Source: Abditibacteriaceae bacterium (GTDB lineage: Bacteria; Armatimonadota; Abditibacteriia; Abditibacteriales; Abditibacteriaceae). From it: 64,000 nucleotides of DNA. Each line of letters begins with the position of its first letter. The stretch's first letter is position 1. The translations under genes were made by a program, and so were the position numbers. The notes beneath the pieces are model-generated. The model was given only the letters and a program-made list of their open reading frames with translations. It was not told where the DNA came from and made no database searches. This document shows positions 18,712 to 28,672 of the stretch, piece by piece. The stretch covers positions 3,328,001 through 3,392,000 of the forward strand of contig OZ255721.1 of the NCBI GenBank assembly GCA_965277285.1, written 5' to 3'.

Positions 18712-20286
18712 ATGACCGAACCACAACTCGCGCGCCAACTCGTTCAGGCCGGATTGGTCACGCCGCAGCAAGTGCGCCACGTCGCCGAAACGCGCGATTC
18801 TCATATTGGCATTGCGCAGGCACTCGTCGATAGCGGCGCCGTGTCTGCCGAACAAATCATTCAAGTCGAACCCGGCGCTTTCGATATTTTGCCGCAAAAC
18901 GCCAACGCATCGGCGAATGGCACATCGCACAATACGTCGCCCACACAAAACGGTCATTCGACGGCGTTGCAAACCGTTGAAGCGCCCGATGCAGTACTCG
19001 ATACCGTGTCATCCAGCGTCGGTCTGGGAACGGGCGCGGCGCCGATTATGGATGACAGCGGCGTCGTTTTCGACAGCGAAGCGCGCAGCAACGACCTGGA
19101 CGACCCGATTATGGGCACGATTGTGACGTATTGCAACGAACTTTTGAAAATCGCGGTCGGCCTGCGCGCGTCCGATATGCACTTGGAGCCGCGCGAAAAC
19201 GGCGTTCTGCCGCGCTATCGCGTTGATGGACATTTGCGTTCGGGCGGCATTATCCCCAAGGAATTGCAGGCGCCGATTATTTCGCGTTTCAAGGTGCTGG
19301 GAAATCTCGACATCACGGAAAACCGCCTACCACAGGACGGGCGTTTTCGCGCCACCATCGGCGGCCACATCTTTGACTTTCGCGTCTCGAGTTTGCCGTC
19401 CATTCACGGCGAAAAAATCGTGATGCGTTTGCTCGACCGTTCGGCTCTGGTCACTGATTTGTCGAAGTTGGGTTTCGGCGGCAAATCGCGCGCGACCTTC
19501 ATGGAAATGCTGAGCCGCTCGCATGGCATCATCCTCGTCACTGGCCCAACTGGAAGCGGCAAAACCACGACCTTGTATGCGGCTCTGGCGGCTGCGCGCG
19601 ATGAAACGAAAAACGTTATCACGGTTGAAGATCCGGTCGAATACGAATTGGAAGGCGTCACGCAAACCGCCGTTCAAAGCGACATCGATTTGACTTTCGC
19701 GGTGCAATTGCGCGCGATTTTGCGCCAAGACCCGGACGTGATTTTGGTCGGCGAAATCCGCGACGGCGAAACCGCTGACATCGCTATTCGCGCCGCTCTC
19801 ACAGGTCACCTTGTTTTGAGTACTCTTCACACCAACTCGGCGGTCGGCGCCGTAACGCGCTTGCAGGATATGGGCGTCGCGCCGTTTCTGATCGCGTCCA
19901 GCATGGCGGGCGTTCTGGCGCAACGTTTGGCGCGCCTGATTTGTCGCGGCTGCAAAGAACCCGTCGACCAAAATAGCGCCGCATACAAGGACGCGATTGT
20001 GCGTTTGCGCTTGCCCGAAGGCACGCCGATGTTCAAAGGCGCCGGTTGCGACGCGTGCAGCGGAACAGGTTACAAAGGTCGCCTGGCGATTTTGGAATTG
20101 CTGACGGTGGACAGCGATTTTCGCCGCGCCGTAATGACGCGCGTCGATTCCGATTCGATGCGCCGCATCGCCGTCGCCAGCGGCATGAAAACGCTATGGG
20201 AAGACGGCATCGAGAAGATGAGCAACGGCCTGACCACATCGGATGAAATTGCGCGCGTCCTGCTCGGCTCGCAAGACGACGATTGA
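18712..20286 (+). CDS. GspE/PilB family secretion or pilus assembly ATPase
   Basis: ASDMHLEP, RLPQDGR, GPTGSGKTTT, LRQDPDVILVGEIRD, TGHLVLSTLHTN and tetracysteine motif. Confidence 0.95.
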   Translation: MTEPQLARQLVQAGLVTPQQVRHVAETRDSHIGIAQALVDSGAVSAEQIIQVEPGAFDILPQNANASANGTSHNTSPTQNGHSTALQTVEAPDAVLDTVSSSVGLGTGAAPIMDDSGVVFDSEARSNDLDDPIMGTIVTYCNELLKIAVGLRASDMHLEPRENGVLPRYRVDGHLRSGGIIPKELQAPIISRFKVLGNLDITENRLPQDGRFRATIGGHIFDFRVSSLPSIHGEKIVMRLLDRSALVTDLSKLGFGGKSRATFMEMLSRSHGIILVTGPTGSGKTTTLYAALAAARDETKNVITVEDPVEYELEGVTQTAVQSDIDLTFAVQLRAILRQDPDVILVGEIRDGETADIAIRAALTGHLVLSTLHTNSAVGAVTRLQDMGVAPFLIASSMAGVLAQRLARLICRGCKEPVDQNSAAYKDAIVRLRLPEGTPMFKGAGCDACSGTGYKGRLAILELLTVDSDFRRAVMTRVDSDSMRRIAVASGMKTLWEDGIEKMSNGLTTSDEIARVLLGSQDDD

Positions 20287-20294
20287 AGTTGTTC

Positions 20295-20378
20295 TGTAGG
20301 GGCTTGGCGTGCCAAGCCTTCGTCGTAACATTGAAACGAGGATTTGGTGGCAAAGGCTTGGCACGCCAAGCCCCTACA
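20295..20378. repeat. GTAG-family REP doublet (REPIN-like)
   Basis: TGTAGGGGCTTGGCGTGCCAAGCCTT at 20295-20320 is the exact reverse complement of 20353-20378; each arm is itself a hairpin. Confidence 0.88.
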
Positions 20379-20412
20379 ACGCATTCCGCACAATCGAGTA
20401 CTCGATAATCCC

Positions 20413-21105
20413 ATGTCCGAATTTCCAACGCGTTCGACGCGCGTTTATCGCTTGTTTTACCCATGGATGCGCAGTTTGCTGAGCCTTTTGTGGCGACTGC
20501 TCGCGCCGCGCTTGCGCATGACGGGGCAAAACAACATTCCGCGACGCGGCGGCGTTTTGCTGTGTCCCAATCACATTTCCGATGTCGATCCGACAATTGT
20601 GCAAAACGCCAGTCCGCGTTTGGCGTCGCGCAGTTTGTGGTTCATGGCCAAGCGCGAATTGTTCGGCATGACGGTGCCGCTGATTGGAAAACTCGGCCCG
20701 AAAATCGAGTTCTTGCAAACCTTTCCCGTTGACCCGCACGAACCCGACCGCGACGCCTTGAAGCACGCCGCCGAACTGCTCAAAGCTGGACAATGTCTGG
20801 TCGTTTTCCCCGAAGGTTTCTGCTCGCCCGATGGTGAAATGAACGAAATTCAGGCGGGCGCGGTGATGCTCGCTTTGCGCGGCAATGTGCCGATTGTTCC
20901 CGTCGGCTTGTGGAATACGACGGGCGTGATGCCTTATGGCAGCATCGTTTTACGCCCGACGTGGAAACGCGTCGCTATTCACTTTGGCAAGCCGCTTCGC
21001 TTCGATGATTTGAAAGACAAACCCAAACGCGAAGCCCGCGAAATCGCCACGCAGCGTTTGACAGAAGCGATGCGACAAGCGCGCGAAGTGGCGAAAAACG
21101 GTTGA
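20413..21105 (+). CDS. 1-acyl-sn-glycerol-3-phosphate acyltransferase (PlsC family)
   Basis: NHISDVD (HX4D), FMAKREL, FPEG and VPIVPV. Confidence 0.92.
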   Translation: MSEFPTRSTRVYRLFYPWMRSLLSLLWRLLAPRLRMTGQNNIPRRGGVLLCPNHISDVDPTIVQNASPRLASRSLWFMAKRELFGMTVPLIGKLGPKIEFLQTFPVDPHEPDRDALKHAAELLKAGQCLVVFPEGFCSPDGEMNEIQAGAVMLALRGNVPIVPVGLWNTTGVMPYGSIVLRPTWKRVAIHFGKPLRFDDLKDKPKREAREIATQRLTEAMRQAREVAKNG

Positions 21106-21794
21106 CAAATCGAGTACTCGATCGCGGTTGGGTGCGATAGTTGGTTTTGTTGCTGATATTTAGCTCTGCCCCGGCATTCTAAACGGCATTTTTTGGTCGA
21201 TTGGGGCAAGCATTATGTCCTGAGCCATAGTGAGGTAGGTCAGGAATCGAGTTTTAGGCGAACTTGTGCCAGCAAAAGTGTCTTGCCGAACCCACTTATT
21301 TCGGTCGTAGTGGAGATTTACGATGTTTGTTGTGTTGAGCAAAGAAGTGCGCTTCCAGAAAGGCTTTGGATTTTGCAAGTACTTTGCTACATCAATCCGT
21401 GTGGGAAAGCCGAAAGCAATTCGATCATGCTCTTCGTCCCCATATGTCATCGTTCCAGCATAAACCCGCTCGCCGTTCTTCATTAACTCAGAAGAAATAG
21501 GAACGACCAAACGACCTTCCGGTGAATAATAACCAATTGCTACCGTATAACCTTTTGCGGAACGAAAAACGCGAACCACGCTCATCACGGTGAACTTGCG
21601 CAGCGTTTGCATCGTGTGTTTTGGAAGCGCAGAAATAACGCGAGGCGGCTCGGAGGTGCCGTGAAAGGGGTTAGCAGAAATCTCAAATGCAATAGCGTTG
21701 GGAGCGTACTCCTTCTCATAGCGAAACATTGTCTCTGCGCAGATTGTTCCGAATGGGCCTTTGGCAAGTTCCTGATTTTTGTATCGATTCCTAA

Positions 21795-22715
21795 GAGGGC
21801 GTATAGGAAAACCCAAAAGCAACGAAAAACGCTTGGAAGCGGCATTGTGTCATTCTGAGAGGGTGTATAGGAATCACGCAAGCCTTCGGAGCATAAGCCG
21901 GATCATGGCGAGATAAATCCAGGTTTCACTTGATTTGACATTTTGCTCATAGTCTTTTGAAAGCCTTCGACATCTTCCCAACCATGCAAAAGTTCTTTCG
22001 ACAACCCAGCGACGCGGCAACGGCACGTAGCCTTTGTTTTCATATTGACGGTTCACCAGGGCATTGCGGCTTATCACTCGGAGCGCAACGCCACAGTTTT
22101 CTCGCACCCAAGCCGCGAACTTGTGTCCCCAGTAGCCTGCATCCGCCCAAATCAACTGCAAACGTTGTGAAGGAAAGCGCCACAGGGCTTTGTCTTGCAA
22201 AAGTAATTTGGCTCCGTCACGCTCTTGAACGTTGGCAGCATGAACACACACTTGCAACAACAAGCCGTTGGTATCCACTAGAATATGACGCTTGCGCCCT
22301 TTTATTTTCTTGGCTGCATCAAAGCCTTTTGGCCCCCTTTTTCTGTGGTTTTGACGCTCTGGCTGTCCAGAATCGCTGCGCTGGGCGCCTCATCCCGTCC
22401 ATCGGCCTGGCGCACTTGAGAACGCAACGAACTGTGGATACCTTCGAGAGTGCCGTTGTCACGCCAGCGCCGGAAGTGATACCAAACCACAGTGTAAGGC
22501 GGAAAATCGTGAGGCAAAGCACGCCACGAGCAGCCGTTGGTCAACTGATACAACAAAGCGTTGACGATCTCGCGTTGGGCGTAAAGCCTGCGCGTACCGC
22601 GCGCACGCTGTGGCTCGATCAAAGGGCGCAGCACTTGCCATTGTGCCTCGCTCAAATCACTGGGATAGCTCTGGCGTTTCATAAATGTAAGTCTAACCCT
22701 TTCCTATACACCCTC
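21795..22715 (-). mobile_element. IS5-family insertion sequence (IS1031/IS427-like)
   Basis: Terminal IRs GAGGGCGTATAGGAAA (21795-21810) and TTTCCTATACACCCTC (22700-22715); TAA/TTA flanks; extra internal IR copy at 21859-21873. Confidence 0.9.
21874..22682 (-). CDS. IS5-family transposase in two ORFs joined by a -1 frameshift
   Basis: OrfA has [10 protein letters not shown]...[12 protein letters not shown]...DSQSVK; OrfB has [10 protein letters not shown]...ADAGY...[11 protein letters not shown]; slippery AAAAAGGGGG at about 22333-22342. Confidence 0.93.
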
Positions 22716-23141
22716 TTAGAATATTGTCATTGGTGACATCAAAATAATTGTAGCGAACAAAGTAATTGTAGCCACCAGCAGAAGAAGGAGGTTTCCCATC
22801 AAGGTGCTCAACCGAGTAGAAACCTGGCCCTTCCGCATTTCCATAGGACGGTCTGAAGAACGGGCCTATATCTTTCTGCTCGTTCCAATCCGGTATAAAA
22901 TTGCTCAAATTCACCTTCAGTGAGCGAGGGTCAATAGTCATCGTCCGAGCGGATGTCTTGGGAGGCGGCTCCTGCGCACAACCGGAAGAGCCAGGACAAG
23001 CAAACAGGATTACTCCCAACGTCGAAACTCGTGTCCATCTGGGCGTAGAATATTGCATCATATTTACTATCTTACGAGTTTTAGCTACGCCATGCGTACC
23101 GCCAACTACATGCTATTGCCGCAAACTCACTTACCCTATGC

Positions 23142-24017
23142 TCACAACCTTTCTGCGGGATGCCGCAAGTCGCGCGTGTGGTTGAAAATGTGGCGCGCAG
23201 CGTCTTCGGGGTCGTTGGTCAGATAGAGCAAATCGAGGTCAATTGGCGAAATGGTGCCCATTGGCAGCATCGCGCTTTTGATCCAGTCGATCAAGCCTTT
23301 CCAGTACTCAATTCCCATCAACACGACCGGAAAGTTCTGGATTTTGCGCGTTTGCACCAGTGTTAAGGCCTCAAACAATTCGTCCATCGTGCCGAAGCCG
23401 CCGGGCATAATGACAAAGCCGGACGCGTATTTCACAAAGTTGGTTTTGCGGCAAAAGAAATAGTGAAAGTTGAGGCTTAAATCCAAATGCGGATTGGCAC
23501 TTTGCTCGAACGGCAATTCGATGTTTAAGCCGACCGAACGCCCGACGAAAGCGCCATTGAGTTTTTGTTTCTCTTCGATTGAAAGTTGTGGTTCGCTTTC
23601 GTGCGCGCCTCGGTTGGCCGCTTCCATCAAGCCCGGGCCGCCGCCTGTAATAATCGACCAACCACTTTGAACGAGCAAGCTGCTGACTTTTCGCGTTAAT
23701 TCGTAGTACGGATTTTCTTCGCCCAAGCGCGCCGAACCGAAAATAGCGATGGCGGGGCCGACTTTGCTCATACGCTCGAAGGACATGACGAACTCGGATT
23801 GAATGCGCAGAACGCGCCACGTATCGCTTTGCGTGAAAGGCAAATCTTCAGGGCACGCATTCAGCAGCGCGAAATCGTCGGTTTTGCGTGCCGCGACTTT
23901 TTCTTCGGCGACGCTGGCGACCGTATTGGTTCCTGGCACCACGCGTTGTTGGTTCTCGTTGGTAATGTTCTCGTTGGAAGTGACGGAAGAGGCTGAGTTT
24001 TCGTTGAGAGGATTCAT
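23142..24017 (-). CDS. LOG family (TIGR00730-type) nucleotide phosphoribohydrolase
   Basis: FGSAR, TGGGPGLMEA, LPFEQ and PGGFGTMDE. Confidence 0.93.
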   Translation of the reverse strand: MNPLNENSASSVTSNENITNENQQRVVPGTNTVASVAEEKVAARKTDDFALLNACPEDLPFTQSDTWRVLRIQSEFVMSFERMSKVGPAIAIFGSARLGEENPYYELTRKVSSLLVQSGWSIITGGGPGLMEAANRGAHESEPQLSIEEKQKLNGAFVGRSVGLNIELPFEQSANPHLDLSLNFHYFFCRKTNFVKYASGFVIMPGGFGTMDELFEALTLVQTRKIQNFPVVLMGIEYWKGLIDWIKSAMLPMGTISPIDLDLLYLTNDPEDAARHIFNHTRDLRHPAERL

Positions 24018-24158
24018 GGTAATTCCATTTTGGCGCGCGACGCCGCATTCGCCAAGTGCGCGCACGCCTCTATATCACGCCGCTATACTATGAAGCCGCT
24101 CTCAATTTCGCCTTGTCGAGTACTCGAACGAGAAGACTCGCGTTTGCGGAGGAACGTT

Positions 24159-26273
24159 TTGAAACTCCAGAAACTCCCCAATTTTCACATTCATAAAACA
24201 TCGCGCGCGCCGCTGTTATCGCTTCCCTTTTTGATAATCGCACCCATTCTTATCGCGCCGGTTCTGACAAAAGCCGCTCATGCGCAAGACACCGTTTCTA
24301 ACGCGACAACTGATGTGCCAAACGGCGCGACCTCGCTTGTAGTCGATGACTTTGAAAATGGTGTCGACAATTGGACGCGCAACGACAAAGTTCATTCGGA
24401 TAACGAAACTGTTCCGGCTTCGCTGGTTGACATCGTGGCGACGCGACCTCCCGCAGGTTTGCCGTTCACTTCGCGCGGCGCGGCCTTGTTCAGCTTCAAA
24501 AGTGGGAAAACGTCGTGGGCTTCGGCGTCGCGGCGCGTGGATGGCGCAAGCTGGGCGAAAATCGGTGCGCAAACCCTCACCTTCTGGCTCAATGCCGATG
24601 GCGCGCCACAAGGCACGTCTTTGGTGTTGCGCGCGGCGGTTTCCAACGCGGACGGCAGCAAGCGCGAAGAGATTTGGACATTGCCGGTTCGACTGAATGT
24701 CAAGCAGTGGCGCCAGGTCACGATTCCGCTTAAAGATGTGCGCAACGAGGCGGGCGTGCCGTTGTTGTCGCAATTGTCGAAGGTTTACTTGATGCAATTC
24801 GTGCAACGTGGGACGTGGGAATCGCGCTTTTTTACAATCGATCAAATTGAAATCGAAGGCAATGGAAAGCCGTTGCCAGTTGCGGTTGCGACAAACGCGG
24901 TTGCGACAACTTCGGCCACGCCGTCCAACACGACATCGAGTACTCGAACGCCGCAAACTGTGGCGCCGGGAACGTTGCAAGTCGGCGTTGATTTTCTGAA
25001 ATTGCAAGGCCGCATCACGACCAGCGCCGATGTGAGTTTGGGTGCGGCTTCGGATGACACAGGCGGCGCAGCGCAATATCCATTGCTGACGAGCAAGCCT
25101 TTTCGTGACGCGATGACAGTTTTAGGGCCGCGCTTGATTCGCCTGGATGCCGCTTCGCTCGTCACGATGACCGATTCGTCAAGACCTGGCTTTGATTTTT
25201 CGCGCTTGGTCGCCAACGTCAAGCAAGTGCGCGCCCTGGGCGCCGAACCTTTGGTGGCCTTGAGCAACGATGCGGCGTGGGGTTTGGATGCGCGCGGTTT
25301 CGCCAGCTTTTGCGCTCAGGCGGCGCGCGCCGTGAACGTCGGTGCCGCAGCCAATGGCGGTGCACGACGTTTTGAAATCGTGCCGCCTTCGAGTACCAGC
25401 GCCGATGGTGCCATCATCTCGCCATCCGCGACGATGAGCGATGCCGAAGTCGTAACACTTTATAACAGCGCGCGCGCCGCTATCAAAGCAGTTTCGCCAG
25501 CTTTTCGCGTCGGCGGCGTGGCGGCTTCGGGAACGCGCGCGAGCGTGGTTCCCGCTCTTATTAAAGGCGCGCAAGGTTTGGATTTTCTGACTTTGCAGTT
25601 TTACGGCGCCAACAACGGCAAGCCGGAGGCGAATGTTTTGTTCGGCGCGACGCGCAATTTGAATTCTTTGCGCGCGGCGGCTTCGTTGCTGGATAAATCG
25701 CGTTTCAACGCGGCGCCGATTTATGTCACGCAAAGCAACCTGAGCAACGCGCGTGATTTGGATGCGGGCACGTCGGGCGACGAACGTGTGACGCAAATGG
25801 TTTCGGGCGCCTGGTGGCTGTCGTTTCTGGGCAACAGTTCGCGCGTGGCGGACGCCGTTTTTCACAACGACGCGACCAACGCCGGTTGGGGTTTGCTCAA
25901 TCCGCAGGCACGCGCTTATCCGGCGTATTACGCGATGTGGATGTGGAACACGTATGCGCCGCGCGGCAGCAATCGAGTACTCGTTACTGCTCCCGCGTCG
26001 GGCGTCGCTGCTTTTGCTGTCAATGCGCCGGTTGTCGCCGGTCAGCCTCGCTTGCACAACGTTTTGCTGGCCAACACGCGCGGTGAAAATACCACAGTTC
26101 GCGTTGCGATTCGCGGCTTCGCGGTTTTGCGCGCCGCACAAATGCAGGTTCTGGACAACCCCGAAGCGGGCGTGCGCACCGATGTCGCGCTCCCTAAAAG
26201 CGCCTTCCAAACCGTAACTTTGAAGCCTTACGCTGTCGCAGTAGTGCAGTTCATCGAACCGCCGAGGAAGTAA
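24159..26273 (+). CDS. Secreted protein with a CBM-like N-terminal domain and a GH39-like TIM barrel/beta-sandwich; start uncertain
   Basis: GGAGGA RBS then TTG; signal peptide ending AHAQ; DDFE...W and LTFW CBM-like pattern; C-terminal TLKPYAVAVV. Confidence 0.55.
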   Translation: MKLQKLPNFHIHKTSRAPLLSLPFLIIAPILIAPVLTKAAHAQDTVSNATTDVPNGATSLVVDDFENGVDNWTRNDKVHSDNETVPASLVDIVATRPPAGLPFTSRGAALFSFKSGKTSWASASRRVDGASWAKIGAQTLTFWLNADGAPQGTSLVLRAAVSNADGSKREEIWTLPVRLNVKQWRQVTIPLKDVRNEAGVPLLSQLSKVYLMQFVQRGTWESRFFTIDQIEIEGNGKPLPVAVATNAVATTSATPSNTTSSTRTPQTVAPGTLQVGVDFLKLQGRITTSADVSLGAASDDTGGAAQYPLLTSKPFRDAMTVLGPRLIRLDAASLVTMTDSSRPGFDFSRLVANVKQVRALGAEPLVALSNDAAWGLDARGFASFCAQAARAVNVGAAANGGARRFEIVPPSSTSADGAIISPSATMSDAEVVTLYNSARAAIKAVSPAFRVGGVAASGTRASVVPALIKGAQGLDFLTLQFYGANNGKPEANVLFGATRNLNSLRAAASLLDKSRFNAAPIYVTQSNLSNARDLDAGTSGDERVTQMVSGAWWLSFLGNSSRVADAVFHNDATNAGWGLLNPQARAYPAYYAMWMWNTYAPRGSNRVLVTAPASGVAAFAVNAPVVAGQPRLHNVLLANTRGENTTVRVAIRGFAVLRAAQMQVLDNPEAGVRTDVALPKSAFQTVTLKPYAVAVVQFIEPPRK

Positions 26274-26329
26274 CGCGCGGAAATTATTTAGACGAGTGTT
26301 GAGCCGAAAAATAACTGAATCTGGACGCT

Positions 26330-26839
26330 ATGGAGGTGCAAATGTCGCCTAGTGGATTTGGTACCGTCTACTTCACGAGTGCATCGCCAACATACGTATT
26401 TCACATTGTTCTCAAAGCATTTGCCGATAGATGGCCTTCGATGAGGATACGGATTGACCCTTCAGATAAAGAGTTCACAGCGCCATTCTTGCCAACACCA
26501 GATGATCTTAAAGGAGATCTCATTCAGTGTTTTTTGATGCGCGACAAGGAAATGCAGAAACACACCGATCGAACAGGTGGAACCGCGATGAAGGATGGTG
26601 AAGGACCAATCCAACTTCTCCATTCAATTCATGTGCGAGAACCTCTTTTGGTGACGACAAAAGGCTATCCACACTTAGATGGCGCGCAATCTGACTTCTA
26701 TGAAGCGATGGTTTGCTGTCCTACGGTATCAATGATCACTGTCGTTACGCCCGATGATCCGCGGACTAATAGTTTCTCGGCATGGGCCTGCGATTTAGTT
26801 ATGAATGCTTGCTTGAACAGCCAAAACGGGCAGCGATAA
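26330..26839 (+). CDS. Hypothetical protein
   Basis: 169-aa ORF, AT-richer codon style than its neighbours, abuts the next gene. Confidence 0.6.
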   Translation: MEVQMSPSGFGTVYFTSASPTYVFHIVLKAFADRWPSMRIRIDPSDKEFTAPFLPTPDDLKGDLIQCFLMRDKEMQKHTDRTGGTAMKDGEGPIQLLHSIHVREPLLVTTKGYPHLDGAQSDFYEAMVCCPTVSMITVVTPDDPRTNSFSAWACDLVMNACLNSQNGQR

Positions 26840-26841
26840 TC

Positions 26842-27477
26842 ATGAAAATCATTCTCACAGGCGTTGAGCCGGAATTAGTCGAGGCGTGGCAGCGCTTCTG
26901 CGGCGATTTGGAAGATGTTACGGTTTATCACGGCTCGATTTTCGATGTTCATTGCGACGCTGTGGTCAGTCCGGCCAACAGTTTTGGTTTTATGGACGGC
27001 GGCATTGATCTGCTTTACAGCCGTCGCTTCGGCTGGCAGGTGCAAGAGCGTTTGCAGGAATTGATTCGCACCGTTTATCACGGCGAACTGTTGGTCGGCG
27101 TCGCGGAAATTGTCGAAACCGATGCGCCGATTCCGTTCTTGATTGCAGCGCCAACGATGCGCGTGCCGATGATTTTGCGCGATTCAGCCAATCCGTATTT
27201 GGCGGCACGCGCCGCCTTGACGTTGGTGAAACATGGCGTTTTTCGTGCGGGTTTTCACAAAGGCACGCCAATTAGCGAAGTCGTCCACAGTGTGGCGTTT
27301 CCAGGTTTGGGAACTGGCGTCGGGCAAGTCGGTCCTGATGTTTGCGCTCACCAAATGCGCACGGCGATTGAAGATGTCGTGTTGGAAAAACGACCTTTCC
27401 CTGAAAATTGGGCGGTGGCTCAAGCGCGCCATCAAAAACTTTATACAGATCGCATCCGCGATTTACAGCGTGGTTGA
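26842..27477 (+). CDS. Macro domain protein (ADP-ribose processing)
   Basis: VSPANSFGFMDGGID, APTMRVP and PGLGTGVG. Confidence 0.92.
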   Translation: MKIILTGVEPELVEAWQRFCGDLEDVTVYHGSIFDVHCDAVVSPANSFGFMDGGIDLLYSRRFGWQVQERLQELIRTVYHGELLVGVAEIVETDAPIPFLIAAPTMRVPMILRDSANPYLAARAALTLVKHGVFRAGFHKGTPISEVVHSVAFPGLGTGVGQVGPDVCAHQMRTAIEDVVLEKRPFPENWAVAQARHQKLYTDRIRDLQRG

Positions 27478-27486
27478 AACACGAAA

Positions 27487-27516
27487 GCAATATTATCGAG
27501 TACTCGATAATATTGC
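27487..27516. repeat. Perfect 30-bp palindrome centred on TCGAGTACTCGA
   Basis: GCAATATTATCGAGTACTCGATAATATTGC equals its own reverse complement; lies between convergent genes. Confidence 0.95.
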
Positions 27517-27569
27517 CGCTTGCACTTTCATGTGTTATTTGATCACGCTGTTTAATTAAACTTTGTGCT

Positions 27570-28436
27570 TCACAAAGTTTTGTACCAATCTGGATCGACA
27601 CTGACTTCTTCAACAACTTGGGTGGTAATCCCAAGTCCCAGCTCCTTTAACTTATCCGCGAGTTGATCTCCATCTACTAAATCAATCGGTGGCGCACCAT
27701 CACGGATAGCCTCTTTTATGGCGTCTCTCGTAAATGTGCCAGTGGTAACAAATAACCCTTTATCTGCACGGCCAACCATAGCGCCTCTAAAATCGCGTAT
27801 ATCACTGGATGAAACTGAGCCTTGATATTTTTTGCACTGAAAAATGACATGGAAGCTCAATAGTCCATTGATGCGGGCAATGCCTTTTCCATCAATACCA
27901 CCATCACCACTTCGACCCGTCACCTCGACCTGTACAAAGCCGGATTCGCGGAGTAATCGTTTTACAAGACGTTCAAAGGCAGCAGAATCAATTTCCTGCG
28001 TTAAAATATAATGGAGTTGCTCGCGCCAAGTACGCACTTCTTCTGGCAATTCTTCGTCATTAACACTGCTATTTATTTCTTTTGACTTCCGATTAGGCCT
28101 GTCTTTCCTGTCCATTTCGCGGACAGCGCGAACAACTTCTCGATGGTCGACCTTTTCGAGATACCTTTTATCAGGCGCAATTGCCCATACGCCACGACTC
28201 GAGTTTTCTAAAACGCCATATTTCTTTAAATAAGTGCGCGCCCAAGCAAGCCGATATTCAACTTCAGTCTGATTGCTCTTATCAGGGTTGTGTGGAACGT
28301 TCAAAATCGCTTCGGGAAATTTCAAATTCTCTGTGACTTTCTCGTAAATTTCTTCAATTGAGCCAGAGCCGCCGAGTTGTTTGAGTGCCTGAAATAAAGG
28401 ATTGATAAGAAGGTCATATTGTGGAACTTGATTCAT
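27570..28436 (-). CDS. mrr: Mrr-family type IV restriction endonuclease
   Basis: Mrr_N RLAWARTYLKK; Mrr_cat FERLV, SGDGGIDG, QCKKY and KGLFVTTGTFT; AT-rich. Confidence 0.92.
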   Translation of the reverse strand: MNQVPQYDLLINPLFQALKQLGGSGSIEEIYEKVTENLKFPEAILNVPHNPDKSNQTEVEYRLAWARTYLKKYGVLENSSRGVWAIAPDKRYLEKVDHREVVRAVREMDRKDRPNRKSKEINSSVNDEELPEEVRTWREQLHYILTQEIDSAAFERLVKRLLRESGFVQVEVTGRSGDGGIDGKGIARINGLLSFHVIFQCKKYQGSVSSSDIRDFRGAMVGRADKGLFVTTGTFTRDAIKEAIRDGAPPIDLVDGDQLADKLKELGLGITTQVVEEVSVDPDWYKTL

Positions 28437-28672
28437 GCTGTTTATTGTGCCAGATTGCCAAAGAGTAATCGAGGGTGCTGGTATAAACCACAGCGCAACG
28501 ATGTTAGAGGACGTTAGCCCTTTCATCTCGGCAAACTCAAAACGACTACTGCTTTTTAGTTTTTCCTATCTTAGGATTTCCATGCAACTTTTATCGAGTA
28601 CTCAATAAAGCGGAAAACCTTTGATTATACAGCGTATTGGCCGCTTGTGTTAAAATTGCACAAAGGCACTTC

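Larger units (their letters stand above)
21160..23061 (-). pseudogene. Hypothetical exported/lipoprotein-like gene interrupted by an IS5-family element
   Basis: Removing 21795-22718 joins ...VTNDNIL to RNRYKNQEL... in frame, giving a 978-bp ORF (325 aa). Confidence 0.75.
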
